Translations under genes and position numbers: made by a program | Shown here: positions 39,619 through 49,900 of the stretch, one piece after another | How the letters are laid out: each line of letters begins with the position of its first letter | Position numbering within the stretch: the first letter of the stretch is position 1 | Source: Halarcobacter sp. | Lineage (GTDB): Bacteria > Campylobacterota > Campylobacteria > Campylobacterales > Arcobacteraceae | DNA: 64,000 bases | Assembly: GCF_963676935.1 (NCBI RefSeq) | Contig: NZ_OY781470.1 | Span: 1,210,680 to 1,274,679 of the forward strand | Reading direction: 5' to 3' | Notes under the pieces: model-generated | Told to the model about the DNA's origin: nothing | Database searches by the model: none | What the model saw: only the letters and a program-made list of their open reading frames with translations

Positions 39619-40497
39619 ATGAATATAAATTTACAAGCACATTTATTAGTTTTTGTTGCAACATTTCTAATAGCTTTATCTTTTATTGTTTCAGGAAAAC
39701 TATCAGGAGTTATTGATCCAATATCTTTAACTCTTTGTAGGTTTGTTATAGCAGTTATTGTATTAGCACCTTTTATTCTTTTAAAAACAAAATTTAGAAT
39801 TAATGTTAAAAAAAGTTTTTCAAAGGGCTTAAAAATAAGTCTTTTTTATTCTTTATATTTTATTTTGTTGTTTAAAGCTTTAGAGGATACAACTGCTTTA
39901 AATACTGCAACACTTTTTACTTTAGTTCCTTTATTAACTGCTATTATCTCTATTTTTGCATTTAAACAAAAATTATCTATAAAAAAAATATTTGTTTATA
40001 TTATAGGTATCTTTGGTACTTCAATAGTTATTTTTAACGGTGATTTACAGTTATTTATAGAATTTAGCCTAAATAAAGGTGATACACTATTTTTTATAGC
40101 AATTATATCAATGGCTTTATACTCAATTAGTGTTAAATATTTTTCAACAAATGATGATATTCCACTTGTTTTGACTTTTACAACATTACTAGGTGGTATC
40201 TTTTGGATGACATTGACATTATTATTTTTAGATATCCCATTAGAATGGGATAAATTAAAGGGTGAATATTTTTATTATATCTTATATTTAAGTATAGCAG
40301 CTACACTTTTTACTGTTTTTTTATATCAAAAAGCCACTATTATAATTGGACCAAATAAAGTGATGGCTTATGTTTATATAAATCCAGTAATAGTTTTAAT
40401 AATGAATCTTTTTTATGATAAAGAGATTAGTAATATTTACGTTGTATTAGGCTGCTTAATCTCCTCTACAGCTACATATTTTTTATTAAGAAAGTAA
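39619..40497 (+). CDS. DMT/EamA transporter
   Basis: About 10 TM with two EamA repeats. Confidence 0.88.
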   Translation: MNINLQAHLLVFVATFLIALSFIVSGKLSGVIDPISLTLCRFVIAVIVLAPFILLKTKFRINVKKSFSKGLKISLFYSLYFILLFKALEDTTALNTATLFTLVPLLTAIISIFAFKQKLSIKKIFVYIIGIFGTSIVIFNGDLQLFIEFSLNKGDTLFFIAIISMALYSISVKYFSTNDDIPLVLTFTTLLGGIFWMTLTLLFLDIPLEWDKLKGEYFYYILYLSIAATLFTVFLYQKATIIIGPNKVMAYVYINPVIVLIMNLFYDKEISNIYVVLGCLISSTATYFLLRK

Positions 40498-40549
40498 GCT
40501 TATTTGTTTATAATATAAAAATTATTAAAATAAAAAATAAAAAATTTAG

Positions 40550-41185
40550 GTGTTTAGTGTGAACAAAAATATTGAAAAGCTAAAAGATTTAGAAGCTGAG
40601 TTTTTAGAAAGTTATCCTAAAGGTTTCAATGATGAAGAGATTTTAAAAATTATAAAACGATTTAAATCTGAAAAATTTGAAGAAGAGGTGAGAACTTTAT
40701 TTGAAAAGAATAATTTTTCAAATCCAGATATTATATGTAATAACTTTTTAAAAATTATTTCAAAATCTCCTTTAATCTCACTATTTGAAAAACCTAAATT
40801 AAGGGATGCAATAAACCAAATGGGTATGTATGAAAAAGATATGCTTTCTATATCTATTTATGATTTTTTATATGGTAGTAAAAAAAATGCAATAGAGACT
40901 ATGGTTGAAATTTTATCAAAATATAGATTAGCTAAGTGGACTATAATAACCCTTATCCCTTATTACTTTTATAGAAAGAAAGAGTATTTTATTAAACCAA
41001 CAACTACAAAAAATATTTTAAAATATTTTGAAGTTGAAAATATTATTTATAAACCAACGCCCACATATGAGTTTTATAAAGAATATAAAAAGTTCTTAAA
41101 TAGTTTGAAAAAAGAAGCTAGTAAAACACTAACAAAAGATAATGCGGGTTTTACAGGCTTTTTAAAAATGACTTTAGAAAGTTAG
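40550..41185 (+). CDS. Conserved hypothetical protein
   Basis: 211 aa ORF; LAKWTIITLIPYY...FIKPTTTK; GTG start uncertain. Confidence 0.7.
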   Translation: MFSVNKNIEKLKDLEAEFLESYPKGFNDEEILKIIKRFKSEKFEEEVRTLFEKNNFSNPDIICNNFLKIISKSPLISLFEKPKLRDAINQMGMYEKDMLSISIYDFLYGSKKNAIETMVEILSKYRLAKWTIITLIPYYFYRKKEYFIKPTTTKNILKYFEVENIIYKPTPTYEFYKEYKKFLNSLKKEASKTLTKDNAGFTGFLKMTLES

Positions 41186-41186
41186 A

Positions 41187-41693
41187 ATGTCAATATTTAT
41201 TAAAATAAGTGAAAACGAATATATAAAAGAAGCCAAAATAGAAGATGCTTTAAGTCTAAGTAGGCTTTCAAGTAGTTTAGAAGCATACTTATTTGATGAA
41301 AAGATGCCAAAATGGTTTAAAAATGAGCTATCAGTTAAAAGTTTTAAAGAGAGAATAAATAGTAAAAATTTCATCCATTATCTTTATATAAAAGATCAAA
41401 AATTAGTTGGTTTTATATCAATTAAAAACAAAAATCATCTATTTCATTTATTTGTTGATAAAAACTTTCATAAACAAGGTATTGCAAGGAAATTGTGGAA
41501 TTGTGTTTGTGAAAATATTGATACAAATAATATGGAAGTAAATGCCTCTTTATATGCCATAAAAGCTTATGAATCCTTAGGATTTGAAATTTGTGATAAA
41601 GAAAAATTTTATTTAGAATTAAAATTTCAGCCAATGATTTATTCCAATTTAAACAAAACATGCAATAAAATTTTGAATAATAAAAATAATTAA
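41187..41693 (+). CDS. GNAT acetyltransferase
   Basis: HLFHLFVDKNFHKQGIAR, VNASLYAIKAYESLGF. Confidence 0.85.
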   Translation: MSIFIKISENEYIKEAKIEDALSLSRLSSSLEAYLFDEKMPKWFKNELSVKSFKERINSKNFIHYLYIKDQKLVGFISIKNKNHLFHLFVDKNFHKQGIARKLWNCVCENIDTNNMEVNASLYAIKAYESLGFEICDKEKFYLELKFQPMIYSNLNKTCNKILNNKNN

Positions 41694-41739
41694 ATATAAT
41701 TGTAATTACAATTATATTAGTTATTTTAAAAGGATTAGT

Positions 41740-42354
41740 ATGTATAAAGTTGACCATATTATGATTGAATCTTCAAATCCTAAAGAGACAGTAAATGCTT
41801 TGATAGAAAAAATGAACTTGCCTATTGCTTGGGATTTAATAGAAACAGAAAACTATAAAAGCATGGGAATAAATTTTGGAGATATAAACTTTGAATTTAT
41901 AGATTTTAAAAAAAGGTTTGGAAAAGAAAATAAATCATATAAAGGATTTAGTGGAATAGCCTTTAGAATTGATGGAGAAATTGAAGAAGCTCTTACTACT
42001 CTTCAAGAACAAAATCTAAAATATAAAATTGCAGAAGAAACAAAAAATTATACAACTATAACTATAGAAGAGGATAATGTGTTTCCTACAATGTTTTTAG
42101 TTAAATATCATTTTGATATTAATCCTTGGCACTTAAAACTAAAAGAAGATTTTAAAAGTTGTAATGGTGGCAAATTTAAAATAGATAAATTTATTTCTAT
42201 TAACCTAGACAAACAAGAAAAAGTTTTAGATAAATTTGAGAATGTTAAAATAAAAGAAAAAAATAGTAGTATAGTATTTTCATCAAATGATTATAAGAGT
42301 GAACCTATTATTTTAAGAGAATTAATAGAAAATTTAGAGATAGTATTACTATAG
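41740..42354 (+). CDS. VOC/glyoxalase-like protein
   Basis: KVDHIMI, GINFGDINFEFI. Confidence 0.65.
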   Translation: MYKVDHIMIESSNPKETVNALIEKMNLPIAWDLIETENYKSMGINFGDINFEFIDFKKRFGKENKSYKGFSGIAFRIDGEIEEALTTLQEQNLKYKIAEETKNYTTITIEEDNVFPTMFLVKYHFDINPWHLKLKEDFKSCNGGKFKIDKFISINLDKQEKVLDKFENVKIKEKNSSIVFSSNDYKSEPIILRELIENLEIVLL

Positions 42355-42378
42355 TTTTAACTATTTAATTTTTAAATA

Positions 42379-42404
42379 AAAGAAGAGAATAGGTTCTCTT
42401 CTTT
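42379..42404. terminator. Bidirectional terminator between convergent genes
   Basis: AAAGAAGAGAA-TAGG-TTCTCTTCTTT 11-bp stem. Confidence 0.75.
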
Positions 42405-42819
42405 ATTTCTGGTCTACACTATATCTTCCTGCACCTAAGCACATTAAAGCAATTGCTCCTAACATAAATAATAAAGGAGTTTCTATTACTAGACCACCAG
42501 ATCTGCCTAAATCAAATATATGAGATGAATGTGCTAAATAAATTGCAAATCCCATAGTAAAAGCAAAAATAAAGCTACTAATTCTTGTATATAAACCAAT
42601 GATTATAAGTATAGGTACAATAATTTCACCAACATAAACACCATATGCCAAAAATTCAGGGAATCCATTTTTTGATACTAAACCTTGAATACCATTAATT
42701 CCTGTTACATATTTATTATAACCATGAAAAAGCATTAAAATACCAAGGGTTAGTCTTAATATAAGTTTCCCAAGATTGTCACTTAAAACTCTACCTAAGA
42801 AGTTTTCAAACGTCCTCAT
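42403..42819 (-). CDS. DoxX-family membrane protein
   Basis: LILRLTLGILMLFHG, VGE, GAGRYSVD. Confidence 0.88.
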   Translation of the reverse strand: MRTFENFLGRVLSDNLGKLILRLTLGILMLFHGYNKYVTGINGIQGLVSKNGFPEFLAYGVYVGEIIVPILIIIGLYTRISSFIFAFTMGFAIYLAHSSHIFDLGRSGGLVIETPLLFMLGAIALMCLGAGRYSVDQK

Positions 42820-42885
42820 AAATCCTCCTATAATGTACTAGTCAAAATGATACTTTATTTTCTCTTTGAAAATGATTATTAATGA

Positions 42886-43518
42886 CTATTCAATATATCT
42901 TCTATAATTTATAATATCTTCTACACTCAATAATGGCATATCAAATTTTTTTGCAAAATTTGTTATATCTTCATCTTTTGCCATTGTTCCATCAGGGTTT
43001 GTGAGTTCACATAAAACTGCAACTGGTTCAAGCTTTGCTAATTTCATTAAATCAATACTAGCTTCAGTATGTCCTTGTCTCTCTAATACTCCACCATCTC
43101 TTGCTTTTAGTGGAAAAATATGACCAGGTGAAACTATGTGATTTATTCCATCATCTTTAATAGCTGCTTTAATTGTGGTAATTCTATCTTTTGCACTAAC
43201 ACCAGTAGTAACATCTTCTTTTGCTTCTATTGTAATAGTAAAAGGAGTTTGAAATTTTGAATTATTTGCTTTTACCATCATTGGTAATTGCAATTCTTCA
43301 ACTTTTTGTGAAGTTAAACATAAACAAACAATACCACTGCATTCTCTAATTAATGTGGCCATCTGTTCTTCTGTGATAGTATTTGCACAAAATATTAAAT
43401 CTGCTTCATTCTCTCTATTTTTATCGTCAGTTACTACAACACCTTTTCCATTTTGAAGCGCTTTTATAGCATTTTGAATATTTGTTTTAAAATCCCAATT
43501 TAAGATTTTTTGATTCAT
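42886..43518 (-). CDS. ribB: 3,4-dihydroxy-2-butanone-4-phosphate synthase
   Basis: [41 protein letters not shown]. Confidence 0.96.
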   Translation of the reverse strand: MNQKILNWDFKTNIQNAIKALQNGKGVVVTDDKNRENEADLIFCANTITEEQMATLIRECSGIVCLCLTSQKVEELQLPMMVKANNSKFQTPFTITIEAKEDVTTGVSAKDRITTIKAAIKDDGINHIVSPGHIFPLKARDGGVLERQGHTEASIDLMKLAKLEPVAVLCELTNPDGTMAKDEDITNFAKKFDMPLLSVEDIINYRRYIE

Positions 43519-43611
43519 TAGCTAATCCTTTTATTGAATTTAACTTATTGAATCAGGGCTGATATATTTAAGTAATACAAACCTAATTAGTTTGACAGTA
43601 GTAAAACTTTT

Positions 43612-43757
43612 TATATTCTCTTTCATCCAGACTTTAACTGTTGGTTTTGGATTTTCACCAAATCTGCTTGACCTTTATAAAAATATAAAGCGCTCGTGGA
43701 CTTCTATAAAGTTATAGTTACCACCAGTAAGGAATTTCACCTTGCCCTGAGAAATAA
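43612..43757 (-). ncRNA. FMN riboswitch (RFN element)
   Basis: Minus strand TCAGGGCAAGGTGAAATTCCTTACTGGTGGTA...AGTCCACGAGC...GCAGATTTGGTGAAAATCCAAAACCAACAGTTAAAGTCTGGATGAAAGAG, upstream of ribB. Confidence 0.95.
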
Positions 43758-43886
43758 ATTTGTGAAATGTTAACTAATAAAACCTTATAAAATGAAAAAA
43801 TGAATCTTTTTGTAGCTTTATTAACCAAGCTTTAGTAATTTAACTTATGTTATAATTGCAAGCTAAAATAAATTTAAAGGAAACCA

Positions 43887-44234
43887 ATGGAGCAACTACC
43901 AAATTGTCCAAAATGTAATAGTGAATATACTTATGAAGATGGAAGTTTATTAATCTGTCCAGAATGTGCATACGAGTGGTCAAAAGATGCAGTTGATACT
44001 GAAGATGAAGATACTTTAGTTGTAAAAGATGCAAATGGAACAATTTTAAATGATGGAGATGATGTAACAGTTATTAAAGATTTAAAAGTAAAAGGTAGTT
44101 CATCAGGAATCAAAGTGGGTACAAAAATTAAAGGTATTAGACTAGTAGAGGGTAATGATGGTCATAATATTGACTGTAAAGTACCTGGTGTTGGAGCTAT
44201 TAAATTAAAACAAGAATTTGTTAAAAAACAATAA
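43887..44234 (+). CDS. Zinc-ribbon protein YjdM/PhnA family
   Basis: [34 protein letters not shown]. Confidence 0.92.
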   Translation: MEQLPNCPKCNSEYTYEDGSLLICPECAYEWSKDAVDTEDEDTLVVKDANGTILNDGDDVTVIKDLKVKGSSSGIKVGTKIKGIRLVEGNDGHNIDCKVPGVGAIKLKQEFVKKQ

Positions 44235-44240
44235 TAAAAT

Positions 44241-44266
44241 AGAAGAGGAGTTTTACTCTTCTTTTA
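44241..44266 (+). terminator. Intrinsic terminator
   Basis: AGAAGAG...CTCTTCT followed by T-run. Confidence 0.65.
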
Positions 44267-44349
44267 TTTATAAAAAATAAACTTTATAAACATAAAAACT
44301 TTCTTTTTTCTTTGTCTTTTTTGTATAATCAAATAAAACAGGTTAAAAG

Positions 44350-45189
44350 ATGGAATATACACTTTCAAATCAAAATATAAAAATACCAAAAATGATTTAT
44401 GGTACAGCTTGGAAAAAAGATAAAACAGCTCAATTAGTAAAAGAAGCTATATTAACTGGTTTTAGAGGTATTGATACAGCATGTCAACCAAGACATTATC
44501 AAGAAAACTTAGTTGGAAAGGGTATTCAAGAAGCCTTGAAAGAAGGTTTAAAAAGAGAAGACCTTTATATTCAGACAAAGTTTACTCCTATTGATGGACA
44601 AGATAAAAATAATATGCCTTATTTGGAAAATGATTCTATTTCAACACAAGTTGAAAAGTCGTTTGAAACTTCAAAAAAAAATTTAAAAACAAATTATATT
44701 GATACTTATATATTACATTCACCAGTTTTTCCTGGAAGTAAATTATTAAATGTATGGAATACAATGAGTAATTTTAAAAAAAGCAATGAGGTAGGGCAAC
44801 TTGGAATTAGTAATTGTTATGATTTAGATGTATTAAAATATTTATATGAAAAAGTAGAAGTTAAACCAGCTATTTTACAAAATAGATTTTATTCACAAAC
44901 TATGTATGATACAGAACTTAGAGCGTGGTGCAAAGAAAAAGGGATAATATATGAAAGTTTTTGGTCTTTAACTGCAAACCCTCATATTTTGGAAAGTGAA
45001 TTATTTAGTAATCTTACAATTAAATACAATAAAAGTGCAGCTTCAATATTTTATAGATTTCTAAATCAAATAGATATTATTCCTTTAAATGGAACTACTT
45101 CAAAAAATCATATGATAGAAGATCTTAAGATATTTAATTTTTCTTTAGAAAAAGAAGATATTGAAGCTATAAATAGTATGGTAAAATAG
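44350..45189 (+). CDS. Aldo/keto reductase
   Basis: YGTAW, GFRGIDTA, LYIQTKF, LGISN. Confidence 0.88.
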   Translation: MEYTLSNQNIKIPKMIYGTAWKKDKTAQLVKEAILTGFRGIDTACQPRHYQENLVGKGIQEALKEGLKREDLYIQTKFTPIDGQDKNNMPYLENDSISTQVEKSFETSKKNLKTNYIDTYILHSPVFPGSKLLNVWNTMSNFKKSNEVGQLGISNCYDLDVLKYLYEKVEVKPAILQNRFYSQTMYDTELRAWCKEKGIIYESFWSLTANPHILESELFSNLTIKYNKSAASIFYRFLNQIDIIPLNGTTSKNHMIEDLKIFNFSLEKEDIEAINSMVK

Positions 45190-45203
45190 ATTGTGAAAAC
45201 AAT

Positions 45204-45941
45204 CTATTTTAACTCAACTCCATATTTTTGAAGAAGTTCAACCCATGAAACTTTTTTACCATCTTTATTAAATACAGATGGAGTTCCTGAAACACCAAGT
45301 TTAGTAGCTATTGCCATTTGTTCATCAAGATGTTTTTGTAATTTTTTTAGTTCACCATCTTTATATTTTCTATTTTTAAAATCTGGTGTATCTTTTGTAG
45401 TTTCAGTCATAGCTTTTGTTTGACTCTTATAATCATTTTTACTCATTATATATAAAGATATGTCTTTAGCATTTTTATGAAATGGTAATGGATAAAAGAA
45501 AACTCTCATTTTAACTTTATCTTCAATTTGATGAAAATATGATTCAAATTTTTTACAATATGGACACTCAGGGTCTGTAAATAATACGTATTCATCTTTT
45601 CCTGTACCAAAAGTTAAGGCTTCTTTTCCTAGTGTAGGTTTTAAGTCTACTGGCATATCTGGGATTGTTAAAGGCATACCAGTATTTGTATCTACCATTT
45701 CACCTTGTACCAAATATTTTTTATCTTTTGTTAAATAAATTTTATGTGCTTTACCTCTAACTGTAATATTTAATAAATAAACATCACCTGCATCAAATCC
45801 TCTATCTATATTAATTTGAGCTTTTTTAAAAAGGGCTAAGTTTTGAAATTCATTGATTTTATCTTGTGGTAAAAGGGTTGCTGCATTTGCAGCACTTATT
45901 ATTGCTAAAGCAATTAGGGCAGTCTTTAAAAGTTTAAACAT
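45204..45941 (-). CDS. DsbC/DsbG-like thiol:disulfide interchange protein
   Basis: Signal peptide, FTDPECPYC, GVSGTP. Confidence 0.88.
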   Translation of the reverse strand: MFKLLKTALIALAIISAANAATLLPQDKINEFQNLALFKKAQINIDRGFDAGDVYLLNITVRGKAHKIYLTKDKKYLVQGEMVDTNTGMPLTIPDMPVDLKPTLGKEALTFGTGKDEYVLFTDPECPYCKKFESYFHQIEDKVKMRVFFYPLPFHKNAKDISLYIMSKNDYKSQTKAMTETTKDTPDFKNRKYKDGELKKLQKHLDEQMAIATKLGVSGTPSVFNKDGKKVSWVELLQKYGVELK

Positions 45942-46025
45942 TTTTATTCCTATCTATAGATTTTATAAAATAATACAATGTTAATGTTTAGAAAACGTGA
46001 AGTTTTTAATTATTATCTTAAAAAA

Positions 46026-46928
46026 TTAAAAACTTAAGACTTTAAATATAATATATGTTGTTGGAAAAGAGATTAAAATTCCATAACCAACAATAGCAGA
46101 ACTAAGTCTTGGTGCTAATCCTGCCATCGAAGCAATTGCTCCTGCTGTAATCATCGGTGCCATTCCTGCTTCTAGTATTGATACGATTGAAGCTTGATTG
46201 TCCCATGAAAAAAGTTTACATATTCCAAATGCAATAATAGGTGCAATGATAAGTTTTACAGTTAAAGCTACACTAAAAGGTTTTATTTCACTTCTTGGAA
46301 GTTTAAATTGAAGTTGAAGACCAACCGCAACTAAAGCAATAGGAACAATAGTAGAAGCAAGTGAACTTAAAACTTTTGTAATAGTTTCATTAAATTCTAC
46401 ACCCATTAAAAACAATGCAACAATTAATGATAAAAAAGGTGGGAAAGTTAATACTTTATAAACTATGATTTTAAAACTAATTTCACTTTTACTAGAATAA
46501 TATGAAGCAATAAACGTACCATATATTGCAAGTGCAATAAAAGTTCCCAGTTGATCATATATAAGAACATAAGGTAAAGCACTTTCACCTATATAAGCAT
46601 TTATAATTGGAATACCCATAAATGAAGAGTTTGTTAAAATTGCTACTAATAATAATGATCCTGTAATCTCTTTAGAAAAACTAAAAAACTTACATAAGTA
46701 TAATATTAGTATGGCTGTAATAGTCATAACTAACCAAGCTATAATTATAGGTATTAAAGCATCCATAGAAAAACTAAGTTTTGGAATTTGAAGCAATATC
46801 ATTGCTGGAAGTGAGATATAAATAGCAAATTGATTTAATGTTGTAGCTGCATCTTTTGAAAAAATGTGTAATCTTCTAATCCCATATCCTATTGCAATAC
46901 ACAATAGAATAAGTATAAAGTTTTCCAT
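46026..46928 (-). CDS. AEC-family transporter
   Basis: ISLPA, NSSFMGIP, PIALVAVG, about 10 TM. Confidence 0.88.
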   Translation of the reverse strand: MENFILILLCIAIGYGIRRLHIFSKDAATTLNQFAIYISLPAMILLQIPKLSFSMDALIPIIIAWLVMTITAILILYLCKFFSFSKEITGSLLLVAILTNSSFMGIPIINAYIGESALPYVLIYDQLGTFIALAIYGTFIASYYSSKSEISFKIIVYKVLTFPPFLSLIVALFLMGVEFNETITKVLSSLASTIVPIALVAVGLQLQFKLPRSEIKPFSVALTVKLIIAPIIAFGICKLFSWDNQASIVSILEAGMAPMITAGAIASMAGLAPRLSSAIVGYGILISFPTTYIIFKVLSF

Positions 46929-47320
46929 TAAGAGTTAAAACCAGCCTTTTCTGAGATATTTAATTCACAGCATTCTTTTTCATCAGTCATTTCACCATGT
47001 TCATCTGCATATGAGATTCCCCATTCGTACATCTCTTTTAAAACAGGTTTTAATTTTTCGCCACTATTAGTTAATGAGTATACAACTTTAGGTGGAACTT
47101 CAGGGAATACTTCTCTATTTATAATATTTTTTTCTTCTAATTCTTTTAATTTTACAGTTAATGTTTTTTGAGTGATTTCCGAAATATTTTCATGCAGTTC
47201 TTTAAATCTTTTTTCACCTGCTAATAGTTGCCAAATAATTGATAGTTTCCATCTGTCATTAAAAATATCAAGAGTAATTGCAACTGAACATTTATACTCT
47301 TTATTATTTACATAATACAT
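46928..47320 (-). CDS. HxlR/DUF24-family redox-sensing regulator
   Basis: KCSVAITLDIFNDRWKLSII (conserved Cys11), KRFKEL, REVFPEVPPKVVYSLT. Confidence 0.92.
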   Translation of the reverse strand: MYYVNNKEYKCSVAITLDIFNDRWKLSIIWQLLAGEKRFKELHENISEITQKTLTVKLKELEEKNIINREVFPEVPPKVVYSLTNSGEKLKPVLKEMYEWGISYADEHGEMTDEKECCELNISEKAGFNS

Positions 47321-47371
47321 AATATATCCTTTTCAAATTTGATTATAACATAAATACTATAAAACTCCATA

Positions 47372-47406
47372 ACTTACCTAAAGTAAAGCAAGTGTATTTT
47401 AAGTTT
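47372..47406 (+). promoter_or_regulatory. Promoter/operator copy 1 of a 35-bp direct repeat
   Basis: ACTTACCTAAAGTAAAGCAAGTGTATTTTAAGTTT followed by TATAAT. Confidence 0.7.
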
Positions 47407-47444
47407 GTAATATATATAATTCACAAAATTTTAAAAGGAACATT

Positions 47445-48350
47445 TTGAATAAAGAAGAAAATAAAACAAAATATTTTATTGGAATGATTATAGCAATGAT
47501 TTTTTGGGGAATAGCATGGACTTCAGGAAAAGTTACTATGGAACACTCAAGCCCTCAAATTGCAGCTTTTTGGAGATATTTTATCTCATTTATTAGTATT
47601 ATTCCTGTTGTATTTTATTTAAAAACCTCTTTTAAAACAGATAAAGTAGGTGTTATATATATGATATTAGCTGGACTTTTAAGTGCGGCATTTAATTATC
47701 TATTTTTTGTTGGCTTATCACATGGTGAAGCAGGTTATGGAGGAACAATAGTAACTTCATTGGTTCCACTACTAACTTATGTAATGTCAATATTAATTTT
47801 AGGAACAAAAGTAAATAGTAGACAAGTTGTTGCCTTATCAGTTGGATTTTTTGGAGCTATAATACTTTTAAGAATTCCAATGGATGGATTAGCTTTTCTA
47901 AATATAAATAGTTCATATTTTTTATTATGTGCACTTGTATGGGCTGTTGTTACAATTCTAGCTCAAAAAGCATCTTCAAGAGCAAACCCTATGTTATATA
48001 CTTTAATAGTATTCGGAATAACTAGTTTTGTAAATATGATTTTTGCAATGCCATATCATCCCTTTGATTTTGCAAGTTTAGACTCTATTTTTTGGTGGAA
48101 TATACTTTTTATTGGACTCTTCTCAGGTACTTTTAGTATGACTTTATTTTTTATTTCTGCAAGTCATTTAGGTGCACATCAAGCTGGTGTATTTATGTTT
48201 ATTGTTCCAATTGGGGCAATTGTATCTAGTTGGATTGTATATGATGAGAAGATTATGTTATCAACAATAATTGGGTGTTTATTATCATTTGTAGCAGTTA
48301 TTTTATTTAATACTAAAAAAAGATTTAGAGCAAATATTAAAAAAAATTAA
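47445..48350 (+). CDS. DMT/EamA transporter
   Basis: About 10 TM, TTG start behind AAAGGA. Confidence 0.85.
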   Translation: MNKEENKTKYFIGMIIAMIFWGIAWTSGKVTMEHSSPQIAAFWRYFISFISIIPVVFYLKTSFKTDKVGVIYMILAGLLSAAFNYLFFVGLSHGEAGYGGTIVTSLVPLLTYVMSILILGTKVNSRQVVALSVGFFGAIILLRIPMDGLAFLNINSSYFLLCALVWAVVTILAQKASSRANPMLYTLIVFGITSFVNMIFAMPYHPFDFASLDSIFWWNILFIGLFSGTFSMTLFFISASHLGAHQAGVFMFIVPIGAIVSSWIVYDEKIMLSTIIGCLLSFVAVILFNTKKRFRANIKKN

Positions 48351-48358
48351 ATACCCTT

Positions 48359-48393
48359 ACTTACCTAAAGTAAAGTAAGGGTATTTTAAGTTT
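48359..48393 (+). promoter_or_regulatory. Promoter/operator copy 2 (33/35 identical), embedded in a 13-bp hairpin
   Basis: ACTTACCTAAAGTAAAGTAAGGGTATTTTAAGTTT; AAATACCCTTACT/AGTAAGGGTATTT stem; TATAAT downstream. Confidence 0.7.
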
Positions 48394-48433
48394 ATAGTGT
48401 TATAATTTCTCCAAGATATGAAAAGGATAATTC

Positions 48434-49279
48434 ATGCCAATAGCTTTAATTGCTCTTACACTTAGTGTATTTGCAATAGGTACAACTGAATTTGTAACAG
48501 TTGGATTATTTCCAACAATTTCTAACGACCTCTTAACCTCTGTATCCTCAACAGGATTACTAGTTACAATATATACAGTTGCAGTAGCTATTGCAGCCCT
48601 AATTTTAACAACTTTGTTTAATAAATATAATATGAATGCAGTTTTAATAATAACAATGCTTGTTTTTTCTTTAGGTCATATAGTTTGGGTATTTTCTCCT
48701 AGTTTTACAACATTACTATTGGCGCGAACTATAACTGGTCTGACATATGGATTATTCTTTTCTATTGGAGCAACTATAGCAACACAATTAGTTTCTAAAC
48801 AAAAAGCAGCAAATGTAATTACTGTTATGTTTACAGTTTCAATTGTAGCTATGGTATTAGGAGTTCCACTTGGAACATATATTGAACAAGAGTTTGGTTT
48901 CAGAATTGCTTTTTTTATGATTTCCCTTTTAGGTATAATTGCATTTATTAGTACAGTTTTTTTATTGCCTAATAATATAAAAGTAACAACTCCCGATAAA
49001 TTCTTTAATCAAATGAAAATCTTGACAATATTATGTTTTGGTGGACTCTTTATTGCTTTTACTTTTTTAGTACCAATTTTAGAAAATATTACAAATTTAA
49101 AATTAACTGTTATCTTTATAATACTATTAGGATTTGGAACTTCAACAATAGTTGGTAATTATTTTGGTGATAAATCTGCAACAACTTCTGCTCTTCAAGG
49201 AAATGTTGTTAAAATTGCTAAAATAGATGTGTTTCATTCTTTGATTTTAAGATATATCAGCTACAAATTACAAAAATAA
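48434..49279 (+). pseudogene. Truncated, internally eroded DHA1/AraJ-type MFS transporter
   Basis: Begins MPIALIALTLSVFAIGTTEF like roughly 390-aa family members but is only 281 aa, and the C-terminal half loses similarity. Confidence 0.6.
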
Positions 49280-49292
49280 TAAAGGATATTTT

Positions 49293-49883
49293 ATGAAAAA
49301 AGTTTTAATTATCAATGGTCATCAATTTTATGAAAACTTTGCGGAGGGTAAACTTACCCAAAGTATAATTGATCGGGCTAAAGAGTTTTTTACAAACGAA
49401 GGTTTCGAAATAAAAGAAACTGCAATAGATAAAGGTTACGATGTAGAAGAGGAGTTAGATAAATTCTCTTGGGCAGACCATATCTTTTTTCAATATCCAG
49501 TTTATTGGATGAGTGTTCCTTGGAAAACAAAAAAATATATGGATGAAGTTTTCTCAGGTGGTGCTGGAACAGTTACATATAAAGATGATGGTAGAAGTAG
49601 AAAAGATCCATCAAAAAAATATGGTAGTGGTGGATTGTTAAAAGGAAAAGATTATATGTTAAGTCTTACATATAATTGTCCTGAAACAGAATTTAGCAAC
49701 AAAGATGGTTTCTTTGAAGGCTTAAGTTTAGACGAAGCTAATTTTGTAGCACACAAAACTTTTCAATTTTGTGGATTAGAACCTTTAAAAACTTATTCTA
49801 TACATGATGTTTATAAGGGTGATTTAGATTTAGAGACTGAATTAAAAAAACTCGATTCCGTTCTTGAAAAAAATTTTAAATAG
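49293..49883 (+). CDS. mdaB: MdaB-type NAD(P)H:quinone oxidoreductase
   Basis: GKLT, EELDKFSWAD, QYPVYWMSVPW, DGRSRKDPSKKYGSGGLL. Confidence 0.88.
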   Translation: MKKVLIINGHQFYENFAEGKLTQSIIDRAKEFFTNEGFEIKETAIDKGYDVEEELDKFSWADHIFFQYPVYWMSVPWKTKKYMDEVFSGGAGTVTYKDDGRSRKDPSKKYGSGGLLKGKDYMLSLTYNCPETEFSNKDGFFEGLSLDEANFVAHKTFQFCGLEPLKTYSIHDVYKGDLDLETELKKLDSVLEKNFK

Positions 49884-49900
49884 TTATCAATCAAAAAAGG

